A DNA stretch of 64,000 nt, from contig JBHGNT010000018.1 in assembly GCA_043228905.1 (NCBI GenBank), forward strand, positions 17,546,001 through 17,610,000, written 5' to 3'. The stretch comes from Azolla caroliniana. Taxonomy: Eukaryota > Plantae > Polypodiophyta. The notes under the pieces were generated by a model. That model ran no database searches and had not been told where the DNA came from. It saw only the letters and a program-made list of their open reading frames with translations. The position numbers and the translations under genes were made by a program. The first letter of the stretch is position 1. Every line of letters begins with the position of its first letter. Below are positions 12,667 to 26,108 of this stretch, in pieces.

Positions 12667-14259
12667 CTATCTTCTCAACTACATTAATATAATTACCAAG
12701 TTTGCTCACTAAAGGGGTTGATCTGCTAATGATGTTTGATATCGTTAAATGTTTGATGTTATACAGAGTTAAAGGTTTGACCTGCTTAGTTTCACAATTA
12801 TCCGTCATTAATTCTTTTCTTATATAAAGTATTATTTATTTTACGGTCTTCTGCTGCGATGCTTGCTTGCCTAGTTGTTTGCAGTCAATATATACAAGAT
12901 ATGATGTGGTCCTCATGTTTCTTGTAATTGTTTCTTTCTTAATCTCATCCATTACTTCTGTTAATCTTTTTTTTCATAATTGATTATCAACTGGTTGGGG
13001 TTTTGTTAATTTATTAAAGAAGGTATTTCAGCTAAATATATATTCATAACACATTCTATTTGGTCCTGCTCCTGACAACCTTGTTCAGTATAAACTTCGC
13101 ACAGGTGAAACAACAGACTGAAATGTACATACATTTTAAGCTTTGAATTTTCCAATGTTTGCAGGAAGCAAGGAGGGGCAATGTCTTTACTGTTGATATA
13201 CAATATGGTAGCCCTCTTTACTGTGCCATGGAATTGTAGAATTGCCCTGTATTGTTAAAGATGTCTCTTACATCGCGGTCATAGCATCTGGCCATAACAT
13301 CTAGCCGTGATTGTTTCCCATCAAGCAGCTCTTGGGAACAGAACGAGAGCTGCTCGTGTTGTACCTTGAACTTCACAACCACCATCATATAATTGAGGGA
13401 AACTGGCTGAGCAAATCCATGTATCCCACTCAGACACATGGGGATCATGGATGGATGGGCTTGCTAACTGTGTCAACCATGCCATCTGTACGCATGAAAT
13501 GTTGATGGTAATTCTTGTTATTTCAACATCTGGACCAAGACAGGTGGTGCCTAGATTTGGCTGAAAAGTCTGCCTGATATCATTATCTTTGCAATGCACC
13601 AATACCTCACAAGAAGAAGCCTGTCAGAGAAAGAAGAGAAGTGGTGCCACATGAGGAGAAGAAGATGCAGGATGAAGATTTGGACTGGCTGGAAGTGCGT
13701 ACAGAGGAGGATGTTATTGGAAGCCAACAAATCTATCCCACTGGAGCAGCACCAACGAGAACCATAGAATCGGTCCTGTGCAGCAGCTCCAACTGAGAAT
13801 AATTAATTATAACTGTAAATAAAATGGTTATATGGGCAGCAAGAAGAGGTGGTGATTGTAGTAAGATGCAAAATGTATATGGTTTTGGAAATGGTAATTT
13901 AGGTTTTCCATAAGATGGTCTTGTTTTGATGATGCCCAAATATCATGGAAGGATATCCGAGCAATTGATATCTACTAAGAGTTCTTCCATGAGTGTGGAA
14001 GATGAAATGGTGAAGAGAATGCCGGAGTATCGTATGTGAGAGCTAGATGTGTCATTAGCACCAGCATGACTCCTGGTCTAAAGTAGGGCATATTTTGTAC
14101 ATGAACATATACTCCATCTCAATGGGCTGAGCATGCCAATGGACATGAATGGATGGGCTCCTGGAAAGAATCCTGCCTCTTTATTGTTTGGACATGATCC
14201 TCCCTATTGTTTCCTACAGCACCTCCAATGAGAATGATTATACGAGCAACAAGAAGTAA

Positions 14260-17150
14260 ACAACCAAGAAGAGTTGCTCATTGGGCTTGGCATCCAAGTT
14301 TAGTGAAAATAATGGATATGGTTTTGGAAATATAAGTTTAGTATTTTCCTAAGATGTTCTTTGCTTGGTGAAGCCCAAGTATCTGAAAGGAATATGCAGC
14401 TATGCCAAAGGTCGTGGCAGAAAGCATTCTTGAAAAGGAGAATTTATTCAATAAATTACATCATGATGCAATATCTAGAATGAGTGGTTGATTAGTGGTC
14501 GGTTGTTTGGAAAGATTCCCCGATTGCTGCTCTTGTGTGTAGTCCATATAACCAAGGTACTCAAGTGATGAATACAAGAGCAAGAGATCACTATAATACA
14601 AGACTATCATGCTTGGGAACTACTTATACCCCAAGTATCTACTTATACCCCAAGTATCTGCATGACTCCTAGTTATGGAGTAGGACATTTGGCATTGAGT
14701 TGATGCAACATGTTCTTGAACGATGTAGCTCCAAAGAAACATTTGTTACTATGTGTCCATTATGATCACGTGACATGTAGAATAAATTTGTACCAAGGAG
14801 AATGGTTTGCATTTTATACTCAACACAATGCAACCTATATTCCAAGCCCTTCAAACCAAAACTTGAAGAGCATAAAATACAAAAACAATTGCTTGCACCA
14901 ATATTATTTGAGTGAATAAATTACAATCTCATAATCATGTTTATCAATAAGGTCATTTGGGTGTGAGTTTTGAAGAGTGATTTCAACAAAATGGATTAAA
15001 GATTTCGGAGACTTGAATTGAGTGGAAACAAATTCGACATCACGTGGGCATTTAAGGTTGACCATAATGTAGTATTGTATGGTTAGTGGATATATGGGGC
15101 TAACATCTACCATTGATGGATGTTGACATATTGACCCTTTGAGCACTTATTGAGGAGGGCAAAGCACATTGTAAGGGGATTTATTGTTGATTTCTAAAAA
15201 ACGTCAACAATGTGACATGCTCTCAGCTCATGCAACAATTAGATGCCCTCAAAGTCCTTATAAATATGCAATGGGGAATCTATCATTGCATGATTGTGTA
15301 TTAGAAACGGAGCGGTCTCATGGTGGTCAGAGGATGTGGGTAGCACAATTGGAGTAAAACAATGATACCCTTTGTTACCTACTCCCTTTGGTCTTTATAT
15401 AGATGAGGTGTCACATTACATAGAGAGATTGAGCAATCCAAGAGCCTGGCTAGCATATATATCCATACAAATATCTGTTGGGGATATTATGTTCTTGACA
15501 CCCCCGAAAAGACTACAAAGGTATCTAAATGCCTTAAAAGTATTTTGTATGGATAAAGATATCTAAATAAAACAAAAGTGATGGTATTTAATGCAACACA
15601 AGCATGAGTAACAAGATCAACCCCATTCTTCTTCTTTGGAAAGGAAAAGGTGGCATACGCACAATCCTACAAGTACCAAGGAATACCATTCAAAGGTTCG
15701 GAACTCTCCTTGTGAAAGGTTGCTTGTGCTCAACCCTCTCATGGATATGGAGTCGTTGGTGCTCATTTACAATTCCAAGAACCACAAACTCAATTGTGGC
15801 TATTCAATACACTTGATGGAGTGGAAACTTTGGAAAGAGTCTTAACACGGAAAACGACTAGAAAGATTTAGAGAGACCTTTAGTCTCAATAATTGCCTAC
15901 ATGAATAGCAACAAAGCATCAATGCCCATGATATAATTTGATCACACATGGAGATATTCATTGTTGATATGTTGAAACCCAATAATAGTTTGAGTCACAT
16001 GGCATAAACATAAAGGCATTGCCTCCACCTCAATATACCTTGGATTGTCCCCATCTAAACATGAACAATGTGGAAAGACTAGAGTGATTCGAAGTGACAT
16101 TGCCAAGTTGGAAAAAAAATAATTAGCCCACAATATCGCTTCGTAAGAAGATGGTCCACCACAAGAGAAGCTTTTTACACGCATTGAAGGATTAGTGTGA
16201 TAACATAGCTGCAAACCTTTCACAATAATCAAAGATTGAGGTAGGTAGATATATTGTACAAATATCTCTAAAAGAAAGAGTTTGCCACTTGTGTCATCAA
16301 GGAGTGGAATCTGAAGAACATTGTGTGTATCATTGTGCCTATTTTTATGAAATAAGGGGGCGATACCATTGCCTCTTTTAAGCAAGCCTTTGCCCTACTA
16401 CACAAGGTAATAGAATATGAGGACCAACGATGCTTGAGGCTTTTCTTGCTAGAACTCAAGAGACACAGGGAGAAGTTGATAGGAAACAACACAACCACAC
16501 AAGCTAATGAACAAAGAACAATCATAACTTTCTTTACCCATCGCTCTTCCTCATGCTATAAGTCAACCAAAGCCTACACAAATGGGATCCCAACCAAGAG
16601 ATTTTGAAGGGTTTAGGGTGAAATAAGGAGGAGATACCATTGGCTCTTTTAAGCAAAGCTTTGGCCTACTACGCAAGCTAATGGAATATGAGGACCAATG
16701 ATGTTGAAGAATTTTCTTGCTAGAACTCAAGAGACACAGGGAGAAGTTGATAGAAAACAACACGACCAGACAAGGTAATGGACAAAGAACAATCATCACT
16801 CTCTAAATTACCCAACACTCTTACTCGTGCTACAAGTCAATCAAATGGAGGATGTGCAATGGCATTCCCCAAAAGATGGGTGACGTGCCAATTCCATACA
16901 AGTGGAGGTTTTGGCGACATCAAGGTTGTTACGGTGGGAAGGTAAACAACTTCTTAAACTTCAATTTAAGCGGATGGTTAGATTGGGTTCTACTTCAATT
17001 TAAACCCTAAACCCTAGTGGTACACCCCTAAGCCAAAATGGGTGACCCCATAATAAGCCCTATTCCTCCCCTCTTATAGAGGACAGAGGCACCTATATTA
17101 ACTTTACATGCATTTTTTTTATTTCCTTTTGTCACAACAAAGGAAGAGGA
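14260..17150 (+). pseudogene. Decayed LINE ORF2 relic through the C-terminal CCHC region
   Basis: VDHI/LT-like motif at ~15125, LLPTPFGLYIDE, an R.CHLC....E.EEH.V..C-like stretch at ~16275-16340, and a C-terminal PIPPPL resembling the intact LINE end. Internal ~270-bp tandem duplication (~16350-16575 / ~16620-16845). Confidence 0.75.
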
Positions 17151-17285
17151 ACAAAATACTCCTTGGTTTTTACCAAGAGAGACTTGAACTCTACACCTCT
17201 CTATATAGACTTATTAGGCCTAAACACTAGGCTACTAGAAATTATGTATTATTTTAATTTTCATTTATGCATGACTTTACGAGAT

Positions 17286-18570
17286 GTGTGTGGAACCTCG
17301 CTCTTTCTCACACTAAACACGCCACACCACGACACCGTATGAAGATCAATAAGTTGATTACAGAGACAAAACCAAGATAAATAGATTAAGCAAGAAAGAA
17401 ACAACTTAACAACGAAGGTCAAGATCACGAACTGAAGAACAGAGTGAGAGAGAAAGAGACTCAAAAAAGCACACAATGTAACTGTATTATTCTTAAAGTT
17501 ACAACAAAATGAAGACACTCACATGATCATGAACTAGGTTACAAAGTTCAGTTATATAGTAATTGAGCTAGGGAAACTACTCTTTAGTCTTATTACAAAT
17601 GTGTCCTAAACCTAGTCTGTCCAAGTGAGATGGTGTGAATACGGCCATTATGCACCTGTATTCAACACTCCCCCATAATGGGCGCATACAACAAAAATCT
17701 GTAATAAAAAGAATAGGCAAAATACAAGTTGATACAAAGAGATGTTTGAACAAATCGGCAAAGGCCGAACAAAAGCTGAATCGGCTAGTTTTGGGGCCGA
17801 AGGCAGAAGGAAAAATACATAATGAACAGAATACTACTATTACTATGATGGCCAGTTGACGTCCAATTCTTAAATAGGCTTTATTTTCTATACTTAACTA
17901 GCAATCCGTGGGGGTTTAGTTTTTTAGTCGGTCTTTGTTTAGTCATTTAGATCATTATCAACGTCGTTTCAACTATGTATTATACACCTCATATCAATCT
18001 GGCTCTCAACAGCGTAAAACACATTATGAGAGATGGGACGCCTTAGGGAGGATGGTTTCTTTGTTACATGCAATGGGGCCATTATGTTCCTGAAGTTTCG
18101 ACTTCTATGATATTGCTCCAATGTCGAATCAGAAGAAGTAACTGTTAGTTGACTTTTGGTTGTTTGTTCGGCCTCGGTCGTCAAGGTGGTTGTGCACTCC
18201 TAAACTTTCAACTTCCACGATATTGATCTAGTGCCAAATTGGAAGAAGTAATTGGTTGTTGACTTTCGGTTGTCCAGATAGCTGGCAAAGTCTGAGTCCG
18301 CGTAGCCGATTATGCCTACCGAGTCTCTGAATACATGCTTGACTGCGTTCCAATGCGGTCGGCCAGGGTTATCGTAAATATGTTGACGACTCCTACAACG
18401 TGAGCTATGTCCAGCCGTGTTGTGACCATCGTGAACATCAAGGAGCCAATTGTCAACGCATACAATATCGATTTCATAATTCCCCCCCGAATCAGATGTC
18501 GGATAGTCTCACTGAAACAACCGAAGGCTAATGGGGAGCGGGGTCGAAGCAAATTTGTTAGATTGCATGT
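17286..18570 (-). mobile_element. Old Ty1/copia 3' fragment (RT end/RNase H, PPT, LTR ~17286-17667)
   Basis: YALTIGSLMFTMVTTRLDIAHVVGVV and TTEAE motifs on the minus strand. CA-CTCCCCC junction at 17667. Confidence 0.75.
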
Positions 18571-18577
18571 TGAAGCA

Positions 18578-18626
18578 TGTAAAGAATCAGATAGATTCTA
18601 TGCATCGGAAGAACTATGTGTGTGTA

Positions 18627-18661
<35 letters not shown>

Positions 18662-19785
18662 AACTCGAGATTACAGAAAAATAGAAAATTGTATTACAAG
18701 GAAACAAGAATGACCAACATTACAAAAGAGCAGGAGAAGGTGCTTATGTAGTCACCTTCTCTCTAGGTTCTCTCACTAGAGGCACCTCTTGGGAAAGAGG
18801 TCGAGTCTTAACTACTACAAAGAATATGTGTCATAGGATATTAACTTCTATGACAAACTAGTTACTATACAAGGAGGTGGGGTGCTCACACACTTGAATA
18901 TCCTAGAGTGTGTCCCCACACACGGAAAGTTGAGTTTGATTCTCAACATGCCCCTTCAAACACAACTTCTGGTCATTGTATTGTCGGATGGTTGGTTTGG
19001 ATTGGTCTTCGGGTCAGCTTTGAGTTGACTCCGTCTTCGGCTTCGAATGGATGGTTCTCTCCTGTTACTCCTTACTCCCCATCAAGCTCAATTGGTATCG
19101 AAAGACCTAGGTTCGTCGTGAACTATCATAGCTTGTCAACTCCCAAGGCCTTGGTGAAGATGTCGGTCGTCTGCAGATTTGTGTTGATGTGTTGCAGGTC
19201 GACATCTCTAGTCAAGACACGTTCTCGGATGAAATGGCAGTGCACCTCAATGTGCTTAGTCTGAGCATGGAGGACTGGGTTCTGAACGAGGTGAATACTA
19301 CTCATGTTGTCGCAATAGAGGAGAATTGGATCCTTGATGGGAACACCCAGATCCTTCAAGATTATCTTGAGCCAAACGGCTTCACATGCAGCGATGACGG
19401 CGCCCCTCTATTCGGCTTCGGTGCTCAACAATGCGATTGTCAGTTGCTTTTTGCTGCTCTAGGAGATGGCTCCAATCTCGAGGGAGAAGACGAACCCTGA
19501 GGTTGATCGTCTGTCGGCTTTGTAGCTGGCCCATTCGGCATCTGTGTACCCTTCGAGTCGTATTGGTGTGTCTGATTTGTAGCGGATGCCGAACTCCATG
19601 GTTCCATTCACATACCTTACCACTCGCTTAACACAGTCAAGATGAATGTCTCACGGAGTTTGCATGAACCGACTAAGGAGGCCAACAAGGTAACTCAGGT
19701 CGGGTCGGGTAATTGTGAGGTAGATGACGCTTCTGGCTAACTGACAATAGAGCGTCGACTCACACTCTCTTGTGCCTGAGTCGGT
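18578..19785 (-). mobile_element. Ty1/copia 3' fragment with 3' LTR 18578-18948, same family as the element at 59675
   Basis: LYCDNMSSI..KHIEVHCHFIRERV..DIFTKAL. LTR termini TGTTGAGAATCAA...TTCTTTACA match 59675-60081. Confidence 0.85.
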
Positions 19786-19789
19786 CTTT

Positions 19790-21060
19790 GCTTTTCCATA
19801 AGATGGTCTTTGCTTGGTGAGGCCCAAATATATGAAAGGAATATGCGGCTATGCCAAAGGTCGTCACGCAAAGCAGTCTTGGAAAGGAGAACTGATTCCT
19901 TGAAATATGTATATGATGTGGATTGTCATCATGATGTAGTATCTAGAATGAGTGGTTGACTAGTGTTAGGTTGCCACGAAAGATTCCTTGATTGTGGCTC
20001 TTGTGTGTAGTCCATATAGCCAAGTTGTGAGAGTGTGAATACAGGAGGAAGGGATCACTATAATACAGGATTATTCATGCTTGGGAGCTACTTATTCCCC
20101 AAGTACCAGCATGACTCCTAGTTATGGAGTAGGACATTTGGCATTGAGTTGATGCAACATGTTCTTGAATGATATAGCCCCAAGAAACATTTGTCAGTAT
20201 GTGTTCATTATGATCACACCACATGTAGAATAAATTTGTAGCAAGGAGAATGGTTTGCATTTTTTATTGTACACAATGCACCCTATGTTCCAAGCCCTAA
20301 CTCCGAAATTTGAACAACGTGAAAATACAAAAACATTTGCTTGTACAAGTTGTTACCCATTCCTTTGGGTGAACACCTTTGATAGATCTGTGTCTATCGG
20401 TCTTCAAGGGCGTGGTACGTGAAGGCTCGTAACAGAGGCATCGAGAGAGATACAGGGCTCAGAGAGAAAACACTAGCGAGGTCTTGATGGACGTGGCGGC
20501 GTGAAACTCATAGGTATGGATCAAAGCACAGACTCATGCAGCAAAAATAGGCACAAATCAGATATATTACTATGACAAAAAAGATTACAGAACACAGCCT
20601 ATGGCCGGTGACCTTACGAGTTTATCTAATTACGAAGGACTAAGCTAGTGCTTCCGCCTATAGTTTTCTTCTCTCCCTCTCTGAGGTACTGGTCCTCGTT
20701 TAAATAACTTTTCCCCTAATACACAGCCGAGCCGTCGGTGGCCCGTGATACTCGAACTCGGCGTTTGCTAATTTCCTAATTTTACATTTCTGTCCTCTGG
20801 ACAACACAAGTAGTATTTGTGTGGATAAAGTACAACCTCATAATCTTTTGAACTATCAATTAAGGTTGTTTCAGTGTGAGTTTGAAGAACTATTTTAATA
20901 CAATGGATTAAAAATGTCAAAGACTCAAATTGAGTGGAAGCATGTAAGAAAAAAAATCAACGTCATGTGAGAAGCATTTAAGATTGACCATAACGCAATA
21001 TTGAATGGTTAATGCATATGGGGGCCCAATATCTAGCATTGATGGATGTAACATTTCATG
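19790..21060 (+). pseudogene. Third decayed LINE relic, paralogous to ~14345-15125, interrupted by a solo LTR
   Basis: Colinear with the other relics (e.g. shared antisense ORF MQTILLATNLFYM). Colinearity resumes after 20811. Confidence 0.7.
20351..20806. mobile_element. Solo LTR (456 bp) with 5-bp TSD CAAGT
   Basis: TGTT...AACA termini. CAAGT at 20346-20350 and 20807-20811. The paralogous site at ~14895 is empty. Confidence 0.85.
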
Positions 21061-21539
21061 TGTTGTAGAGAAGTGATGGCAAGTTTAAAATATCACCCTT
21101 GGAATGGATCTACCTAGTAATAGGAATGAGGCAAATGCACACTTATGATTCTTAGTTACTTCTGTAAGTATGGCTTGTTGTTGGTGGCAATGTTTAGCAA
21201 TGCAAATAAATGGAAAGATACTAGGAACTAATTTATTGAGGTTATTGTTTAATTACCTTGAGGTCGTTATTTTCATTCTATTGATTTGGATGTCTTATTG
21301 GTGTTGCCTTTTCATAAACAAAGTTTGATATTCAAAACTTGATGTTCATTGATAAACCATCCTTAATATGGCCTTATGCATTTGTCATTTGGGCTTTTAT
21401 AGCTTTTATTAGCATAGCTACTTTAAAGATATGATTTAGTTGAGGTTGAAGACAAGATGTGACTACGGAGTAACATACTTTTAATCCATCGATTAGTTTA
21501 GGGTTTAGGGTTTAATTAATCCCAAACCTATCAAATGTT

Positions 21540-22816
21540 TGATTTCATACAATCTCTTAGTTTCGTCTATTGAATTCGTTGTTCATTTATGGCTCTGTGA
21601 AGCACAAAGTTCTACTCCAGGCCAGGGCCACTTGTGAGAGATAAATCTCCCTTCTATTTACTCCTTTTACACAGAATTTTGCTCCCACGATCTTTTTCTT
21701 TTCTTGACGATAACCTGAGCCTCACATAAACAACAATTTAATCTGGTCAATCTTCATATTTTCATGTATTCTCATGCATAGATTCTAAAGCAATCTTTCT
21801 CAAAGCTGGACGTGCAGGTACATCCATATTAACGATAAAATTGGTCTGTTGGTTTTTTTTCTGCTTGATTTGGTTTTATAATTTCAAACAAGAAATAATC
21901 TGGGGACTAAGGCTAGGAAGTTTTCATCCAAGAATATTAGGATTCTTCATAAATTTTTCGTCTATGTCCTCCTCCATCTGTACAGCGCGCATTCTATTTG
22001 GTGTAAGAAGTCAGTGTTTGTCCGTCTCCTTGCTTTAAGGATAGGGGTGTACGAGAGAAGATCGATGCTGCCATTGCTGCGACCTTTATTCATGGAACTA
22101 AGTTCTCTCATTTGAATGTTTTCTGATGGTGTAAAAATTTGAACATTCAGCCTCGCTCGCTTATTGAACTGAGGTTGGGAAGGTGAGGAGGAGGAAAGAA
22201 TCCCAGGGTCTCTACTCATCTATTGAAACATCATTTCGTTCCCATGAGCTGTGTTATGATTTCTACTCATACGGAAGTTACAAATAAACTTAGACACAAT
22301 CAAAAGTAAAACAAGTAACACACGATTTACGTGGAAAACCTTGATTTCAGGGAAAAACCACGGGAATAAGAAATTTCCACTATGAGATAAACGAAATAAA
22401 AACACAGAATGATAGAACCTGATTTGGTAAGGTTGCACTCTAAAACCACAAATTCAACCAAGTGCACCCAACCCTAACTCGCAGGTGTCTATCTCTTTCG
22501 AAGCCTTCAAGCCTTCTTGACTTGTCTTTTCCTTTTCTTTCTGTTACACTCTTCTTCCTTTGTTTCCTCTCACGCTCAACTTTTGAGCTATGGCACCCGC
22601 ACAACCACTACTGTGTTTTTACTCTCAGTCGTTCTCTGTCACGCTCTTCCCTTGCAATATATATTCAAATATGTCTCACGCGCTCGCTTTTTCACTTAAA
22701 TATACTTTCACACTTTTTCGCACACTTTTTACTCTCAGCGAGTTATCCCACATACAAACGTAAACGCAGCTAGTTCCACTCTTACTATATGTATATACTA
22801 GCCCATCTCATATACA

Positions 22817-22851
<35 letters not shown>

Positions 22852-24320
22852 GTATATGTTTGTTTGAAGTTCTATTAGGCCGACTCCCATTTGACCGAAA
22901 TACCATTTCGGAGTCGGCTTCCCAACCGATTTCGGCCAGATCTGTTGGCTCCTCAACTGATTTCGGCCAGCCGACTCCCCCAAAAAGGAAGGACTATCTA
23001 CATAACAAGCTGCACATAAACTTATAGAGGGAAAGGAAGGGCATAACGTTGCATGAAAGGTAGGAATGAAGAACACATGAAATTATAGAGAGAAAGTAGG
23101 GGCATAATGTTGGACGAAAGCTTATGAATGAAGAACACATGAAATTATAGAGGGAAGCAAGGGGCATAGTGTTGCACGCTCAAAGACAACAGAGAAACAC
23201 AACATGAGGAGGGGATGATGAAACGTTTAACCTAGAGAAGCGTATGAATTTGTATATGATCATGAAACGTTTGACAGAAAGTTAATGAGGAATCAGAGTT
23301 TTATTGAGGAGGCTGAGGCGTACACCAAATCCATCGCGCCATGCTTTCATTCATCATTCGCCTGTAGAATTAAAAAGAACTAGGTTAATAGATACACATG
23401 ATCTCTTCGACACTAGGCTCTCTCAGGTGCATATCAGACACATACTGAAGAGTGTTTTTATGAGGAAACATATAGTGAAAGAGACAAGTCGACCGGATCA
23501 AGTCTTGTTATGTTCACCTGCAGAAAGAAGAAAAGCCAGGTTAGTACAGATTAGCATTCCTCGATTTTACGTAAACCAATGGAACCTGGACCTGTACTGA
23601 ACAAAGAGAGCATCAAGTTGAAGAGGAAACTTCTTCAAAAGAACATTTGTAGTCATGAGGAATGTTCACGTTAAATCTGCAAACACTTCATAGGAAGGCT
23701 ATATATATATATATATATATATATGATGACGATGAAAATCAGGAGTAACAAGCTGCACCGGCTGTGTACAACAAGCACAACATTCAGGACGATCAAGATG
23801 AAACCTAGAGAAATGCAGACAGGTACATCGGAGGGTCTGGATCGTTCATGAACCATGGATCTTCACTGCATAATATAACCAGTTCTGCATTAATAAGCTA
23901 GATGAAGCAATGGAGCGATACGGAAATCCTAATCAGAAGTCGATGTGGATCCCCCCTGCCATTGAAGCAGAATGAATGAAGAACTATCAGCTGTAGAGTA
24001 GGTTTGTTGAAATCTGGAGGAAACGGAACGAGGATCACCTCTATTGCGATCAGATTAAACAAAATATGAAGTTTAGGAGTGGCGGGGATACCAGAAAACT
24101 TAAAAAGACAACCTAATCGTTATAATCGATAAGCAGAAAATGACCTAATCGTTGTAACCAGAAGCAAACGAAGAAGAAGAAGAAGACGAAGAAATGTATA
24201 AATGAAGACATTGAATCTATAGCAGTAATTCGTTAATTTCCTCGAAGAAGAAGAAGAAGAAGAAGAAATGTATAAATGAAGACATTGAATCTATAGCAGT
24301 AATTCGTTAATTTCCTCCCT
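21540..24320 (-). pseudogene. Possible decayed or non-coding multi-exon transcription unit
   Basis: CTT-rich 5'UTR-like tract at ~24170-24270, several minus-strand YAG acceptors (e.g. tttcaatag|ATG at 22220, ttctgcag near 23520), and coding-like but stop-ridden sequence at 21560-22219. No recognisable domain. Confidence 0.25.
22252..23007 (-). mobile_element. Solo copia-type LTR (756 bp) with 5-bp TSD AGCTG
   Basis: Terminal inverted TGTTATG...CATAACA. AGCTG at 22247-22251 and 23008-23012. CCGTGGTTTTTCC..GGTTTTCCACGTAAA motif as in the 48436 LTR. Confidence 0.88.
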
Positions 24321-24627
24321 CGTTTTAGTTTTCTTCCCTTTTTAAGCGTTCGTTCTTGTTTTAGGATTCTTCCCTTTTTAAGAAAGGCAAAAGCACCAGT
24401 TTAAGATGCAAACTTATGCTTGTGTGCCTTTTCATTTAGTGAAGAGTATTAGTTTTATAAAAACAAAAACAAGAGGCTTTCCTTGAGTGCAAGAGAGAAA
24501 AGAGAAAACACTTCTTCCTTGGAATGATTGAAGGAGCTTTGAATAGACATGGAAGGAACTACTCTGTGAAGCGCTTTGAACAGAAGGGTTAGAGAAGGAG
24601 ACAAGAAGCATTTGCGTATTTGCATGC

Positions 24628-24727
24628 NNNNNNNNNNNNNNNNNNNNNNNNNNNNNNNNNNNNNNNNNNNNNNNNNNNNNNNNNNNNNNNNNNNNNNNNN
24701 NNNNNNNNNNNNNNNNNNNNNNNNNNN
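24628..24727. other. Assembly gap (100 N)
   Basis: Run of 100 Ns. Adjacency across it is not guaranteed. Confidence 0.99.
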
Positions 24728-24859
24728 ATCACATATCATCGTATTCGCCATTTGAATTGGTGTGGGGTGGCATTGAGGTTGGAGTCGTAATAAAGAAGGG
24801 TTCTACACTTTGTAGTTAGTCATGGTGGTATTTTTTTTTTCGTAATGAAAGCCATTATT

Positions 24860-24913
<54 letters not shown>

Positions 24914-25480
24914 TCTAAAGTTAAAAGGACTTCTTTTGTGGCAATTGACATTGCTAGAGAAGTCATGAAATCTCAGCTAGGAAGAGAGTCTAGAACTCTG
25001 CAAGGTCACATATCATCATATTCGCCATTTGAATTGGTGTGTAGGGTGACATTGAGTTTGGTGTCGTAGTTTTCTTTAGATCCCTAGATAGAAGGGGTTC
25101 TATAGTTTGTTGTAAGTTAGTCATGGTGGTGTTTTTTCTTTCGTAATGAAAGCCATTATTTACGAAAGAGAGAGAGAGAGAATTTGACACGTAGACAATG
25201 GGTGTTTACACAATTTACACATGTTGACCCAAAATCAGAGAGGAATATTGTTTTCTTACTTTTGAGGTATTGAGGATTGTATCATAATTGGGATATACAA
25301 AATGCATTTGTAATTGATAGTAGACATAGAGTCAAAGCATATCTACGAAAGTTGAAGGGAGTACTAATGTGACAATTTTCTTTATTGGAGCAAGTGGAAA
25401 TTCTTTCCTTAATGGAGCGTTCGTCTTGTGTGTTCACAATTTAACATGTTCTACTACTACCCATGTAGTGTGGTTAGTGG

Positions 25481-26108
25481 TAGGAATCGACAACGGTTCA
25501 GTTTAGGCTTAGCCGGTTTGGCATTATCCAAGCCAAACCGGTTAGGCCTAAACTGTTTTGGGATTCTCAAACTTGAACCAAACCGATCCCTAAACCGGTT
25601 TGGCTTAAACGGGTTTAGGAACCGGTTTGTGAACCGGTTTGGGACAAAAATGCTTCAGAAGTGTGAAGAAACCAAAAAAGAACCACTAACACTTCCTTTC
25701 CAGACCTCAATATGTCCACTCTCGATTGTTATTGCCCATCCCTCAACCACTTTTAGGTCGAGCTTGCCGCATCCTAGGTCTTAGGTCCAACTCAAGAGAG
25801 AATTTGGAACTAAAATTTCACCTATGTATACAGAAAGAAGGAGGTCCTCATGATCGCCCACTATACAGGCTCCCTCTCCCTCTCTGTCCCGCCCTCTCTC
25901 GTCACTGAACAATATGTTGACTATGGCTTCCTGTCAGTCTCTCTCTCATATGTCAAATTCTAACATCTAACTTTCTAAACCCTAATTATTAAATAAGATA
26001 AACGGCTTAACCGGTTTGGCAAGGCTCAAGCCAAGCCGAGCTGCTAAGCCATTTTAACTTAGTTTAGCTAAACGGTTTAAGCTTGTGTTGAGCCATTGCC
26101 GATTCCTA
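25481..26108. mobile_element. Non-autonomous hAT element (MITE), 628 bp, 8-bp TSD GTTAGTGG
   Basis: TIRs TAGGAATCG(A/G)CAA(C/T)GG. Perfect TSD at 25473-25480 and 26109-26116. AAACCG/CGGTTT subterminal repeats. Confidence 0.9.

Noticed and set aside
13000-14700. Possible F-box/kelch pseudogene (WKEYAAMP-like, AWELLIP)
   Set aside because: The motifs are weak and span frameshifts. Several fit the LINE ORF2 better (WP..CFP, NEW.D, AWE), and there is no convincing F-box core.
24728-25180. ~280-bp tandem duplication beside the gap
   Set aside because: It is adjacent to an N-gap and (GA)n, carries no functional signal, and may be assembly-related.
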